A model generated the notes under the pieces. It made no database searches. It was not told the origin of the DNA and was given only the letters and a program-made list of their open reading frames with translations. A stretch of DNA of 64,000 nucleotides from Actinomycetota bacterium (GTDB lineage Bacteria; Actinomycetota; Actinomycetes; Nanopelagicales; Nanopelagicaceae), in contig PLXJ01000039.1 of the NCBI GenBank assembly GCA_003151395.1, forward strand, positions 56,969 through 120,968, read 5' to 3'. Positions 9,730 to 20,038 of the stretch are shown piece by piece (position 1 is the first letter of the stretch; every line of letters begins with the position of its first letter). A program made the position numbers and the translations under genes.

Positions 9730-10650
9730 GTGCGCCTCGGAGTCCTAGATGTTGGTTCAAACACAATTCACCTTCAAGTCGTGGATACCCACCCCGGTGC
9801 CAGGCCCAACCCAACTTTTAACTATAAAGAAGAGTTGCGTCTTACAGAATTTCTCAATGAAGAAAATGAGATTAATGAAGAAGGAATTATCCTCCTGCGC
9901 GCTTCTATTGGAAACGCTGTTCTACAAGCTCGAACAGTACAAGTCAAAGAGTTTCTGCCGTTCGCTACATCTGCGTTGCGCGAAGCAGCGAATGGCGAAA
10001 AAATAATCGCGGGGATAAACAAAGAATTTAATATTGATCTCCAAGTATTAGGAGGAGATGAAGAAGCAAAACTAACATTTTTAGCGGCTCGTCGTTGGTT
10101 TGGCTGGTCTAGTGGACGCTTGCTGGTTATAGATATTGGCGGGGGGTCACTTGAAATTGCCGTAGGAATTGATGAATCTCCGGAAGTCGCCACATCACTT
10201 CCACTCGGTGCTTCCCGGTTAACGCAAAAGTTTCTCACCGGTAATCCTTATTCTCAAAAAGGTATCAACGCGATGCGCGACCATATTGAGTCGCAACTCG
10301 AAGCGGTCCTGCCAGCGCTAGTTAAGCATCAAGAATCGGATCGCTCAATTGCGACGAGCAAGACGCTTCGCACTTTGGCTCGGTTGAGTGGTGATTGGTT
10401 TGACACTAATGGCAAAACCATAAGATTTGAAGTGGTTCGCAAAATTGCTACTCGCTTGGCCGATATGTCACACGAAGAAAGAACTCGATTACCCGGAGTT
10501 TCCTCCAATCGCGCAAAACAAATTGTTGCTGGAGCTTTCGTCACCGAAAGCGTAATGCGCAACCTCGATCTAAGGGAACTTGAAATTTGTCCATGGGCAC
10601 TTCGCGAAGGAATTGTCTTGAAATATATGGATTGGATGGAGAAGACTTAA
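9730..10650 (+). CDS. ppx: Ppx/GppA family phosphatase (exopolyphosphatase)
   Basis: N-terminal LGVLDVGSNTIHLQV and IDIGGGSLEI actin-fold phosphate motifs. 306 aa, GTG start. Confidence 0.85.
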   Translation: MRLGVLDVGSNTIHLQVVDTHPGARPNPTFNYKEELRLTEFLNEENEINEEGIILLRASIGNAVLQARTVQVKEFLPFATSALREAANGEKIIAGINKEFNIDLQVLGGDEEAKLTFLAARRWFGWSSGRLLVIDIGGGSLEIAVGIDESPEVATSLPLGASRLTQKFLTGNPYSQKGINAMRDHIESQLEAVLPALVKHQESDRSIATSKTLRTLARLSGDWFDTNGKTIRFEVVRKIATRLADMSHEERTRLPGVSSNRAKQIVAGAFVTESVMRNLDLRELEICPWALREGIVLKYMDWMEKT

Positions 10651-11537
10651 ACGCTCGGAGCTGCTATCCGATCAATCTGCATGACTTCCTTCTTGCGGAG
10701 AAAAAGTACCCAGGCTTCACCAGGTAGTAATTTATTATCTGGATAATCGAAATCAATTTTCTTTGTTAACTTCTCCATCATCCTCGGCAGAACGGGATTA
10801 TGGCTACAAAGGATGATCTGCTTGTTCGTTTTGATTAATTCTTTGACGTAAGCGATAGCTTTCTCTTTATTCTTCTTAAATGTGTATTCGCTTACTGCAT
10901 TGGTAATGATCGGAGTCAGCTGCAAAGCCTTCGCCATCTGTGCAACGGTATCCAAGCAACGCACCGCGTCAGATGTGTGGATTTCCGCCACTCCAAAGAC
11001 TTGATAGAGCGACAACATCCGCTTCGCTTGCAACTGCCCCACTAATTGCAATGGTCGATCCTCATCCTCGCCTTGCCATTCTGTGCGTTCCAACGCTTTG
11101 GCGTGGCGCAACATAATCAGTGCGGATGAATCGAAAGGCGTGGACCTAAAGCGATCTAAAATCTGTCGATCACTATCGCGAGTGGCCTGAACGGCGGCTT
11201 CTTTTAAAGTGAGCCACGCAATCTGATCGACTTCATCGTTGGGGTGGAAGGCCGAGTTGTCTTCGATTAAGGATGCGCACCAATAATCAACATGTTTAAG
11301 CCCATCAATTGTGTGATATTCAACCGAGCCAATATATGGACCAAGTTTGATGCTGAGTCCGGTTTCTTCCAAGAGCTCTCGGTAAGCACAAGAAATCGAG
11401 GCTTCGCCTTCCTCGACCTTACCTTTTGGAATCGACCAATCGTCATATCTCGGACGGTGGACAAGCAAGACTTCAATCTCGCCATCAATATTTTTGCGCC
11501 AGATAACTCCACCGGCGGCGATTATTGTGATCGTCAT
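10647..11537 (-). CDS. NUDIX hydrolase fused to a histidine-phosphatase domain (MutT1-like)
   Basis: Nudix box GKVEEGEASISCAYRELLEETG followed by a C-terminal RHA...SHNP histidine-phosphatase-like domain. Start moved to ATG 11537, which overlaps the ppk stop as ATGA. It sits next to ppk as in Mycobacterium (ppk1-mutT1). Confidence 0.8.
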   Translation of the reverse strand: MTITIIAAGGVIWRKNIDGEIEVLLVHRPRYDDWSIPKGKVEEGEASISCAYRELLEETGLSIKLGPYIGSVEYHTIDGLKHVDYWCASLIEDNSAFHPNDEVDQIAWLTLKEAAVQATRDSDRQILDRFRSTPFDSSALIMLRHAKALERTEWQGEDEDRPLQLVGQLQAKRMLSLYQVFGVAEIHTSDAVRCLDTVAQMAKALQLTPIITNAVSEYTFKKNKEKAIAYVKELIKTNKQIILCSHNPVLPRMMEKLTKKIDFDYPDNKLLPGEAWVLFLRKKEVMQIDRIAAPSV

Positions 11538-13615
11538 TCGCGGGTCCGATACCAAGCAATTGCAGAAGCATGAAAATCGATAAGTCTTTCCCCAGCGGGA
11601 TTCGTTTTAATTTCGATCCACTTTCCGTCAGATTCCAACTCCCACCGGAGAAATTCATCAGACATGTAAGAGTCCAACGCCCCAATGAGAAAGCGCTTGT
11701 GATCGCCTTGTGTGATCTGAACCAAACTTTCAACGCGACGATCTAAATTGCGGTGCATTAAATCTGCGCTCCCGATATACAACTCTTCGGCACCACCGTT
11801 GGCAAAGTGAAATATTCTGGAGTGTTCTAGGAAGCGGCCTAGGATCGAGCGAGCGCGAATGTTCTCTGATAATCCAGGAACTCCAGGGCGAATCGCGCAA
11901 ATTCCACGAACGATTAAGTCGACGGGCACTCCGGCCATCGATGCCTTGTACAAAGCTTCAATAAACTCCTCATCAAGAATTGAATTGAGTTTCATTCGGA
12001 TGTAAGCGGGCTTACCAATCTGATGGTTTGCAACTTCCCTTTCGATTCGTTCGAGTAACCCTGAGCGCATGGTTCGTGGGGCAACAAGAAGTCGTGTGAA
12101 GGCAGTCTGTGGCGCAAATCCCGAAAGTTGATTAAAGAGCTTATTCACATCTTCACCGAGGACAGGATCGGATGAGAACAGACCAAAATCCTCATATGTC
12201 CTAGCGGTCTTTGGATTGTAGTTACCAGTACCGATGTGAACATATCGACGAATTCCGTTGGTCTCCTGGCGTACGACGAGTGATAACTTGGCGTGGGTTT
12301 TAAATCCAATGAGGCCATAAACCACATGAACGCCAGCATCCTCAAGCTTGCGAGCCCAGCGAACGTTAGCAAGTTCATCAAAGCGGGCTCGAATCTCTAT
12401 TACAGCGAGAACCTGTTTGCCCGCTTCAGCAGCTTCAATGAGCGACTGGACAACGGGTGAATCTCCAGACGTTCGATAAAGCGTCTGCTTAATCGCCAAC
12501 ACCTGCGGGTCAGAAGCCGCCGCCTCCAAAAAGCGAACTACGCTGGATGTAAAGGACTCGTATGGATGATGAACTAATACTTCGCGGCGACGTATCGCGT
12601 CAAAAAATGTATCTGGTACATCTGGATCAACCTGACGTAAATCTATCGCGACTTGATTTCTAAATGGCTCAAATCGAAGTTCTGGAAGATCAATATCTGC
12701 TAACTGATGCAAGCCCGTGAGATCAAGCGGTTCCTTATAGCGACTGACATCTTCGGCTTTAACATTGAGTTCATCCATCAAAGTCTTCAAAAGTTCGGGT
12801 TGAATATCGCGATCAACTTCTAATCTGACCGGTGGGCCAAATTTACGACGTAATAACTCTTGCTCCATCGATGCCAACAAGTCTTCGGATTCCTCTTCCT
12901 CAAGCTCCAAATCGGCATTACGGGTTAATCGAAATGTGTAATGATCCTTCACTTCCATACCTTGAAAAAGTTCATGCAAGTTAGCAATGATTACTTCTTC
13001 AAGTGGAACAAAACGTCTCACCCCGACTTTCCCAGTTTCGACGAATCGCGGGAGATTTGATGGAACTTTGACTCTTGCAAATAAATCTTCTTCGCTATCT
13101 GGCTTCTTGACAACGACTGCTAAGTTAAGTGAGAGTCCAGATATATATGGAAATGGATGCGATGGATCTACTGCCAACGGTGTCAACACCGGAAAAATTT
13201 TGGTATGGAATACCTTGTTTACTGCGGCTCGTTCTGCCTCATCTAGTGAACTCCACGCTGCCAACTCAATTCCATACTTACCTAAATGCGGCAAAATTAC
13301 CTCATGAAAAGCGATGGACTGCCGTTGCAAAAGTTCGCTGGTTTTGAGCGCTATCTCGCTCATAAGTTGGGCTGGGGTAAATCCAGCGGTATTTGCTTTT
13401 GTAACGCCGGACTCGAGTTTGCGTTTGAGTGTCGCGACTCGAATCATATAAAAATCATCAAGATTGGATGAAAAAATCGCAAGAAAGCGACAACGCTCGA
13501 GCAGTGGTACCTCGGTATCTTCCGCTAATTCCATGACCCGCTCATTGAAAGCCAGCCACGAGAGTTCGCGATCGATTAGTCGACCGCGAGGATCCTCGAT
13601 AATTCTGTGCGACAT
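11534..13615 (-). CDS. ppk: Polyphosphate kinase 1
   Basis: 693 aa. N-terminal RELSWLAFNERV, the KTHAKLSLV phosphohistidine region and a full-length PPK1 layout. Confidence 0.95.
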   Translation of the reverse strand: MSHRIIEDPRGRLIDRELSWLAFNERVMELAEDTEVPLLERCRFLAIFSSNLDDFYMIRVATLKRKLESGVTKANTAGFTPAQLMSEIALKTSELLQRQSIAFHEVILPHLGKYGIELAAWSSLDEAERAAVNKVFHTKIFPVLTPLAVDPSHPFPYISGLSLNLAVVVKKPDSEEDLFARVKVPSNLPRFVETGKVGVRRFVPLEEVIIANLHELFQGMEVKDHYTFRLTRNADLELEEEESEDLLASMEQELLRRKFGPPVRLEVDRDIQPELLKTLMDELNVKAEDVSRYKEPLDLTGLHQLADIDLPELRFEPFRNQVAIDLRQVDPDVPDTFFDAIRRREVLVHHPYESFTSSVVRFLEAAASDPQVLAIKQTLYRTSGDSPVVQSLIEAAEAGKQVLAVIEIRARFDELANVRWARKLEDAGVHVVYGLIGFKTHAKLSLVVRQETNGIRRYVHIGTGNYNPKTARTYEDFGLFSSDPVLGEDVNKLFNQLSGFAPQTAFTRLLVAPRTMRSGLLERIEREVANHQIGKPAYIRMKLNSILDEEFIEALYKASMAGVPVDLIVRGICAIRPGVPGLSENIRARSILGRFLEHSRIFHFANGGAEELYIGSADLMHRNLDRRVESLVQITQGDHKRFLIGALDSYMSDEFLRWELESDGKWIEIKTNPAGERLIDFHASAIAWYRTRE

Positions 13616-13652
13616 GTTTCTAGTTTGCCGTATTTAGATGAACACAAGGTTA

Positions 13653-14483
13653 CTAAATGGTTGCTTCGGCACGATTTGCCGATATTTGGTGCAGGACAAT
13701 TGCCGTTGCCACGCTCGCATTGAGCGATTCAACATCAGATTTCATGGGGATCGAGAGGATTAAATCGCAGGTTTCACGCACCAATCGCGACAATCCCTTG
13801 CCTTCACTGCCTACGATGACATAAACCGACTCCAAGGAGAGTGAGAACTTGGGAAGCGACTCATCGCCTTCCGCATCTAGTCCTACAACAAAATAGCCGG
13901 CCTTTTTGGCATCCTCGAGGGATCGGACGAGATTGGTCACCTGCGAAATGGGTAACCGAGCCGCCGCCCCTGCAGAAGATTTCCAAGCCGAACCAGTCAT
14001 TGCTGCGGTACGACGCTCCGGAATTACAACTCCATCAGCGCCAAATGCCGCGGCACTTCGAACAATCGCACCTAAATTATGTGGGTCTGTTACACCATCG
14101 AGTCCGATGAGTAGGCCAGGCTTATTGGCCTTTTTTAGCAACTCTTCAAAGTTTGCATATTGGAATGGCTTTATGACAAGCGCGATTCCTTGATGCATCG
14201 TTGTTCCGGTTAACCCGTCCAGGACCCCCCGTGACACTTCTTTGATCAGAAGATTTTGGTTTTTTGCAAGACGCATTGCCTCTTGCATTCGTTCATCAAT
14301 TTCTACCCGTTCGGCGACCAGTAACTCTTTTGCGGGAATCTTGGCTCGGAGAGCTTCCACAACGGGATTACGCCCAGCAACGGCATCTGAAGAAGGACGA
14401 GTTTCGCGTCGACCCTCTGGCTTACGTGTCTGCTCCCGCCTTGGGGCTGCTGCGCTTTCTCGACGTTTTTTTCCAGGGCGCAT
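13653..14483 (-). CDS. rlmB: 23S rRNA (guanosine-2'-O)-methyltransferase RlmB (SpoU/TrmH family)
   Basis: Basic N-terminal tail, then GRNPVVEAL and a C-terminal SPOUT domain (VIVGSEGKGLSRL...IPMKSDVESLNASVA). Start set at ATG 14483, which overlaps the cysS stop as TAATG. Confidence 0.85.
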   Translation of the reverse strand: MRPGKKRRESAAAPRREQTRKPEGRRETRPSSDAVAGRNPVVEALRAKIPAKELLVAERVEIDERMQEAMRLAKNQNLLIKEVSRGVLDGLTGTTMHQGIALVIKPFQYANFEELLKKANKPGLLIGLDGVTDPHNLGAIVRSAAAFGADGVVIPERRTAAMTGSAWKSSAGAAARLPISQVTNLVRSLEDAKKAGYFVVGLDAEGDESLPKFSLSLESVYVIVGSEGKGLSRLVRETCDLILSIPMKSDVESLNASVATAIVLHQISANRAEATI

Positions 14484-15871
14484 TAGCCAATACTCCATCT
14501 CGTGCCTTGCGCGGTATCTTCGATAACCACACCTAGCACCGCTATTTGATCACGGATTTCATCTGCCGCTGCAAAATCTTTTCGCGCCCGAGCGGCTGCA
14601 CGCTGTTCAAGGGCGAGTGAGACCAAGCCATCCAACACTTTTTCATCAGATTTTTCAGCGCTCGTAAAGTTTGAATCGAAGGGATCACATCCCAAGATCG
14701 TCAACGCGCCACGAATTTGCGATGCTGCAGTTCGAACTCCCGCCTTATCGTTCGCACTCAAAGCGGTATTTCCGTTTCGCAGTATCTCGGCGATTACCGC
14801 AAGCGCGGCTGGAACCGCGAGATCTTCGTTCATCGCCTCGGCAAAGCCTGGTGGGATTATCCCGTCTGGGGTTGAACCAAGCAGATCTGTTGCCCGCTTC
14901 AAGAAACCTTCGATCCTCCGAAAATTGACAGCGGCTTCCTCGAGCGCTTCAAAGGAAAACTCGAGCATTGAACGGTAATGAGCGCTCCCTAAATACCAGC
15001 GGAGTTCAATTCCGCGAACCTGCTTCAAAATTTCAGTAACTTGGAGGGAGTTTCCTAGTGATTTTGACATCTTTTCACCTGATGTAGTGACCCAGGCGTT
15101 ATGCATCCAAATATTTGCAAAACCCCACCCTGCAGATACGGATTGTGCAATTTCATTTTCGTGGTGTGGAAAAATTAAATCCAATCCTCCACCATGAATA
15201 TCAAAACTTTCGCCCAGATAAGCGTGGGCCATCGCGGAACACTCTAAGTGCCACCCGGGCCGACCAGCACCCCATGGTGTTGGCCAAGACGGATCACCCG
15301 GCTTTGCCGCTTTCCATAGCGCAAAGTCACGGGGATCTTTTTTGTACGTCAAATCTGCATCCTCAGCAGGTTGCAGGTCATCCAATTTTTGATTTGATAA
15401 AGTGAGGTAAGAGTTGAGTTTGCGAACCTCTAAATAGACATCGCCATTTCCTGGTGCGTATGCGCTTCCGTTATCTATAAGTAACTGCATCAGTTCAATC
15501 ATTTGAGTGATGTGACCAGTCGCTCTCGGCTCACATGTGGGAGGTAATACATTTAAGGCAGCGTAAGCTTCAGTGAAAGCACGTTCATACTTTTGCGCAA
15601 CGGCCCACCATGGCAAATTTTCATGAGCCGCTTTATGCAATATTTTGTCTTCAATGTCGGTCACATTGCGAATGAAAGTAACTTCATAACCGGATGCAAC
15701 TAGCCACCGACGCAATATGTCAAAATTAATCCCGCTGCGCACGTGACCGATATGGGGTGGCGCTTGGACGGTCGCGCCACAGAGATAGATCCCGACTTTG
15801 CCAGGTTGCAACGGCTTAAAATCAGTAACAACACGTGTAGCTGTGTTATATAACTTAAGTTGCGCCCCCAT
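14483..15871 (-). CDS. cysS: Cysteine--tRNA ligase
   Basis: Class I HIGH motif (PPHIGHVRS) and KMSKS motif (EKMSKSLGN). 462 aa. Confidence 0.95.
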   Translation of the reverse strand: MGAQLKLYNTATRVVTDFKPLQPGKVGIYLCGATVQAPPHIGHVRSGINFDILRRWLVASGYEVTFIRNVTDIEDKILHKAAHENLPWWAVAQKYERAFTEAYAALNVLPPTCEPRATGHITQMIELMQLLIDNGSAYAPGNGDVYLEVRKLNSYLTLSNQKLDDLQPAEDADLTYKKDPRDFALWKAAKPGDPSWPTPWGAGRPGWHLECSAMAHAYLGESFDIHGGGLDLIFPHHENEIAQSVSAGWGFANIWMHNAWVTTSGEKMSKSLGNSLQVTEILKQVRGIELRWYLGSAHYRSMLEFSFEALEEAAVNFRRIEGFLKRATDLLGSTPDGIIPPGFAEAMNEDLAVPAALAVIAEILRNGNTALSANDKAGVRTAASQIRGALTILGCDPFDSNFTSAEKSDEKVLDGLVSLALEQRAAARARKDFAAADEIRDQIAVLGVVIEDTAQGTRWSIG

Positions 15872-15880
15872 CAGTAAATT

Positions 15881-17029
15881 CTACCGTGCGCTTCGAAGCA
15901 GGAGCGCAGTGGCAATGGCTGATATACCTAGCCCGGCGCCGGTAAAGCCCAAACCATCAGTCGTGGTTGCGCTAACTGAAACGGTCGCGCCTCCCAGTGA
16001 CTTTGAAAGCGCAGTAATTATCTCGGCTCGACGTGGGGCGATTTTGGGGCGATTTCCCACGATTTGAACTGAAACATTATTAATCAAATATCCCGCGGCC
16101 GTTACTTTCTGAAAGCACTCGGATAAGAGCTGTGAACCGCTTGCCCCGGCGTATGCGAGGTCACTTATCCCAAAATTAGATCCCAAGTCGCCAATCCCCG
16201 CCGCTATAAAAAGAGCATCGCAAATTGCATGTGCCGCGACATCACCGTCTGAATGACCATCCGCGCCGTTTTCACCCGGCCAGAACAAACCACCTAACCA
16301 CATTTCTCGAAGTGGATCGTTTGAGAATGCATGAGCATCCGTACCAATACCTACTCGAATTTGATTATTGACTTCCGGAAGCAATATCCGTTGTGCAGTT
16401 TCCAGATCCTGCATCGTTGTAATTTTAAGTGCGCGTTCCTCACCGAGGATCACCTTCACATCTACGCCACGATCTTCGACAAGACCTGCGTCATCTGTAA
16501 CATCATCCCGAGAGTCATGCGCCCTTATAAGTATCTTTCGTCTGAAGCCTTGTGGTGTTTGAATTGCACGCAACTGCGAACGGGGAAATGTTCTCGTCAC
16601 ATAATTGTCTTTATCAATTCGTTTAATAGTATCCGTAACAGCGAGACCAGGAATGACCGCTTTTTCACCAGCGCGTAAAGAATCAATTACCCGCATCGCT
16701 AATTCTGTTGATGCCAGAGCGCGCGCCGCATCATGAACTAAAATGTAATCATTCTCTTTATCAACATAAGCGAGCGCTTTTTTTACGCTAAGCGTTCTGG
16801 TTAAACCGCCCGTGACGACGAGGACATCGGTACCCAAAAGTTTTCTGAATTGTTCTTCATAAGCAGCAGGAGCTGCGACGATGATTTGGTTGGCGATCGG
16901 TGCCATGTTGGCAACAGCGTGTTCAATGAGAGTTTTGCCCGCTATTTGAACAAGCGCTTTAGGAATTCTTGCACCTAATCGTTCGCCACTGCCGCCAGCA
17001 GGAATGATGACGGCAACTAAATCACTCAC
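15881..17029 (-). CDS. ispDF: Bifunctional IspD/IspF: 2-C-methyl-D-erythritol 4-phosphate cytidylyltransferase fused to MEcPP synthase
   Basis: N-terminal IIPAGGSGERLG (IspD) and C-terminal RVGIGTDAHAF...HSDGDVAAHAICDAL (IspF) in one 382-aa frame. GTG start. Confidence 0.9.
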   Translation of the reverse strand: MSDLVAVIIPAGGSGERLGARIPKALVQIAGKTLIEHAVANMAPIANQIIVAAPAAYEEQFRKLLGTDVLVVTGGLTRTLSVKKALAYVDKENDYILVHDAARALASTELAMRVIDSLRAGEKAVIPGLAVTDTIKRIDKDNYVTRTFPRSQLRAIQTPQGFRRKILIRAHDSRDDVTDDAGLVEDRGVDVKVILGEERALKITTMQDLETAQRILLPEVNNQIRVGIGTDAHAFSNDPLREMWLGGLFWPGENGADGHSDGDVAAHAICDALFIAAGIGDLGSNFGISDLAYAGASGSQLLSECFQKVTAAGYLINNVSVQIVGNRPKIAPRRAEIITALSKSLGGATVSVSATTTDGLGFTGAGLGISAIATALLLRSAR

Positions 17030-17039
17030 AGATTTAACT

Positions 17040-17522
17040 TTAAGAAGCTAGAACCTCGTCAAGAATGACGCCGGCCTTCTCTTCATCGGTTCGCTCTGCG
17101 AGCGCGAGCTCAGAGATGAGAATCTGCTTCGCCTTAGCGAGCATTCGCTTTTCGCCGGCAGATAGGCCACGGTCAAGATCACGGCGGTAGAGGTCGCGGA
17201 CGACTTCAGCTACCTTAATGACGTCACCTGACGCCAATTTCTCTACATTTGCCTTATAGCGACGAGACCAATTGGTTGGCTCTTCGGTGTAAGGCTGACG
17301 GAGGACGTTAAAAACTCGATCTAAACCGGCTGAATCGACGACATCGCGAACTCCGACGAGGTCGATATTTTCAGCTGGAACTCGGACGGTCAGGTCACCC
17401 TGAGCGACCTTGAGTACGAGGTAGATCTTCTCTTCGCCTTTAATGGTCCGGGTCTCAATTGCTTCAATGAGAGCCGCTCCGTGATGGGGATAAACAACGG
17501 TTTCGCCGACCTTAAATGACAT
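17040..17522 (-). CDS. carD: CarD family RNA polymerase-binding transcriptional regulator
   Basis: [23 protein letters not shown]... is the canonical CarD N-terminal Tudor-like domain. 160 aa. Position upstream of ispD matches actinobacterial synteny. Confidence 0.95.
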   Translation of the reverse strand: MSFKVGETVVYPHHGAALIEAIETRTIKGEEKIYLVLKVAQGDLTVRVPAENIDLVGVRDVVDSAGLDRVFNVLRQPYTEEPTNWSRRYKANVEKLASGDVIKVAEVVRDLYRRDLDRGLSAGEKRMLAKAKQILISELALAERTDEEKAGVILDEVLAS

Positions 17523-17609
17523 TAATTTGGCTCCTTGGGATTAGGTTCCAATTGTACCAGCGACTTGGGTCACATAAAAATGGCGATATAAGCCCTGTAT
17601 CCTTCCGCC

Positions 17610-18125
17610 ATGATCAAGAAGACCGCAGGCCTAGCCGCCATACTCGTCAGCGTCTTAGCCCTGAGTGGCTGTGGTGCGTCGGGCTCGGGAGCACCTACTC
17701 GCAACATCAAGCAGGTAACAGATGGAGTCGAAGCTCAGAGCGGTTCTATCTACATCCGTGATGTTTTGTTGGTTAGTCAGCCCGATGGCAGCGCAGCATT
17801 GGTAGGTACCTTCATTAATGAGGGCACCTCCATGGATGCATTAACCGGAATCACTGTTGGAGGAATACCGGTCTCGCTTTCTGCCGCACAATTTAATCTG
17901 TCCCAAAATACGCCAATCATTTTTTCTGGAGATTCTGCGAATGCGACTGGGACTGTTCCGGCTCTGAACGCGACGCCAGGCACACGAGTCGACGTAGTTG
18001 TGAGCTTTGCACACGCCGCTTCAGTGACTCTCAGTGCGATCGTTCGGGCAAAGAGTGATTACTTTGCGAGCGTTGGTGGCGCTCCAGTTGCAAGCGCCAC
18101 ACCTACTCCTTCAGCTACTAACTAA
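17610..18125 (+). CDS. Secreted lipoprotein (LpqE-like by position next to carD)
   Basis: Signal peptide with lipobox LALSGC. 171 aa. Divergent from carD as lpqE is in Mycobacterium. Confidence 0.6.
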   Translation: MIKKTAGLAAILVSVLALSGCGASGSGAPTRNIKQVTDGVEAQSGSIYIRDVLLVSQPDGSAALVGTFINEGTSMDALTGITVGGIPVSLSAAQFNLSQNTPIIFSGDSANATGTVPALNATPGTRVDVVVSFAHAASVTLSAIVRAKSDYFASVGGAPVASATPTPSATN

Positions 18126-18802
18126 CTCTCGAATTTATAGCCAAGTCCGCGTACGGTCTGAATAAAGATCGGATTGCCTGGATCCGCTTCTATTTTCGCG
18201 CGTAAGCGTTTGATGTGAACATCTAAAGTCTTGGTATCGCCAAAATAATCACTACCCCACACGCGGTCAATTAATTGCGGGCGTGTAAGTACCCGTCCAC
18301 TATTGCGAACGAGAAATTCCAGAAGTTCAAACTCTTTCAGTGGGAGTGGTTGCGGGGCGCCGTTTACCGTAACTAAATGTCGCTCTACATCAATGCGAAC
18401 TGGACCAGCGGAGAGCACTCCATCAGTTGAAAGATCTTCATCTCCGTGGCGGCGCAAAACGGCTCGAATACGGGCAATGAGTTCGCGAGTTGAATATGGC
18501 TTCGTAACGTAATCATCAGCTCCTAACTCAAGGCCAACGACTTTATCGACCTCAGTATCTTTGGCGGTAAGCATGATGACGGGTACGTTGGACCGAGTAC
18601 GAATCTGGCGACACACTTCGGTTCCAGGTAGTCCTGGAAGCATGAGGTCTAGCAAAATCAAATCTGCTCCGTGTCGGTCAAACTCTTCTATAGCCCCGGG
18701 ACCAGTATCGGCAACCGAAACATCGAATCCTTCGCGCCCTAAGAGATAGGCGAGAGCATCAGAGAATGATGCTTCGTCTTCTACTACGAGAATCTTTGTC
18801 AT
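18122..18802 (-). CDS. regX3: OmpR/PhoB-family response regulator (RegX3-like)
   Basis: Receiver domain (ILVVEDE...DLILLDLMLPG...LTAK) plus a winged-helix C-terminus (VRGLGYKF). ATG overlaps the senX3 stop as TAATG. Confidence 0.9.
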   Translation of the reverse strand: MTKILVVEDEASFSDALAYLLGREGFDVSVADTGPGAIEEFDRHGADLILLDLMLPGLPGTEVCRQIRTRSNVPVIMLTAKDTEVDKVVGLELGADDYVTKPYSTRELIARIRAVLRRHGDEDLSTDGVLSAGPVRIDVERHLVTVNGAPQPLPLKEFELLEFLVRNSGRVLTRPQLIDRVWGSDYFGDTKTLDVHIKRLRAKIEADPGNPIFIQTVRGLGYKFES

Positions 18803-19896
18803 TACTCGGCCTCCACGGCTGTTAGTTGCGTTGTTATTGGAAAACGAATTGTGAATGTGCTCCCGGCATTTTCAACGCTCCACACCAACACATCGCCGCC
18901 ATGATTGGTTGCAACGTGTTTAACAATGGAGAGGCCAAGTCCGGTGCCACCTGTCGCCCGCGAGCGAGCGGGATCAACACGATAAAAACGTTCAAAGATA
19001 CGCTCGAGATCCTTATCAGGAATTCCAATACCTTGATCAGTTACTGAAACTTCAGCTAATCCGTCGTTTACCCGAAGCGCAACCGCAACTCGCGTTCCTT
19101 CGGGGCTGTAATTGATCGCATTTTCGATGAGGTTGGAAATCGCCATCGTAATTTGACTAGGGTCACCTTTAATCCTGGCAGTCGCTTGTTCACTATAAAT
19201 TAATTCAATATCCCGGGCCTTTGCGCTGAGTTCAGATTGATCAATAGCGCTGAGCAGCACCTCATTCAGATCGATAACCTTCGCATTCTTAAGAGGATCG
19301 TCATCTTGCAAACGCGAGAGATTGATGATCTCTTGAACTAAATCACTCAAACGTTTTGATTCGCTCTGCATTCGGGTGGCGAAGCGAACAATAGCTTTTG
19401 GATCATCAGATGCTCCTAGAACAGCTTCCGAAAGAATTGACAGTGCCCCAATAGGAGTTTTTAGTTCATGTGAAATATTTGCTACAAAATCCCGGCGAAT
19501 AGAATCAAGTCTGCGCATCTCGCTATCATCAAAAATGAGCACACAAATCAATCCTGCTGATTCCAGGGGAACCACCCGAACTAATAAGTCGTGCATCCCC
19601 GTGCCTAGTGGGCCACGAGGAAGTTCCATCGTGGCCTCTTGAATGGTACCGCTGCGCCTAACGGCACGGACTAAATGCTGCAAAGATTCGTTCTGAATTC
19701 GGTTATCCCGCAGTACATTGAAATTATTTACGTTTTCGCTCATATAAATAATCGCATCACTTTGCCCGACGATAATTGCTTCTGCATCAATATTGCTCAA
19801 GAGCGTAGCCATGGCGGGAGAAATCTCATTCGGACGGGAGTACTCCGCTGCATTACTCTTTCGGCCCTTTCGGCTCTTTCGCGTCATCCAACTCAC
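18802..19896 (-). CDS. senX3: Sensor histidine kinase (SenX3-like)
   Basis: H-box ISHELKTPIGAL, N box NLIENAINYS and G boxes DQGIGIP / GTGLGLSIV. Synteny with gpmA and regX3. Confidence 0.85.
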   Translation of the reverse strand: MSWMTRKSRKGRKSNAAEYSRPNEISPAMATLLSNIDAEAIIVGQSDAIIYMSENVNNFNVLRDNRIQNESLQHLVRAVRRSGTIQEATMELPRGPLGTGMHDLLVRVVPLESAGLICVLIFDDSEMRRLDSIRRDFVANISHELKTPIGALSILSEAVLGASDDPKAIVRFATRMQSESKRLSDLVQEIINLSRLQDDDPLKNAKVIDLNEVLLSAIDQSELSAKARDIELIYSEQATARIKGDPSQITMAISNLIENAINYSPEGTRVAVALRVNDGLAEVSVTDQGIGIPDKDLERIFERFYRVDPARSRATGGTGLGLSIVKHVATNHGGDVLVWSVENAGSTFTIRFPITTQLTAVEAE

Positions 19897-20038
19897 TCCC
19901 TAATCGTAGGAGCCTCCACGGTATATCCCTCTCCAACAAGGGTATCTCTCGAAAAACAGCCCCAAATCTTCAGATTCTGTTTAGGGCATGTTCACATATA
20001 GACCTGTATCTGCGGGTTGGTAGCGGTACCCTGCACCA

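Noticed and set aside
13841-14536. Several 89-95-aa plus-strand ORFs antisense to rlmB.
   Set aside because: They are shadow frames in a relatively GC-rich gene, and rlmB is supported by SPOUT motifs and synteny.
19990-19995. GTTCAC hexamer in the senX3/phoU divergent region, considered as a possible RegX3 (Pho-box-like) site.
   Set aside because: It is only a single half-site, and I cannot recall the consensus precisely enough. This is not supportable without a motif scan of other Pho-regulated promoters.
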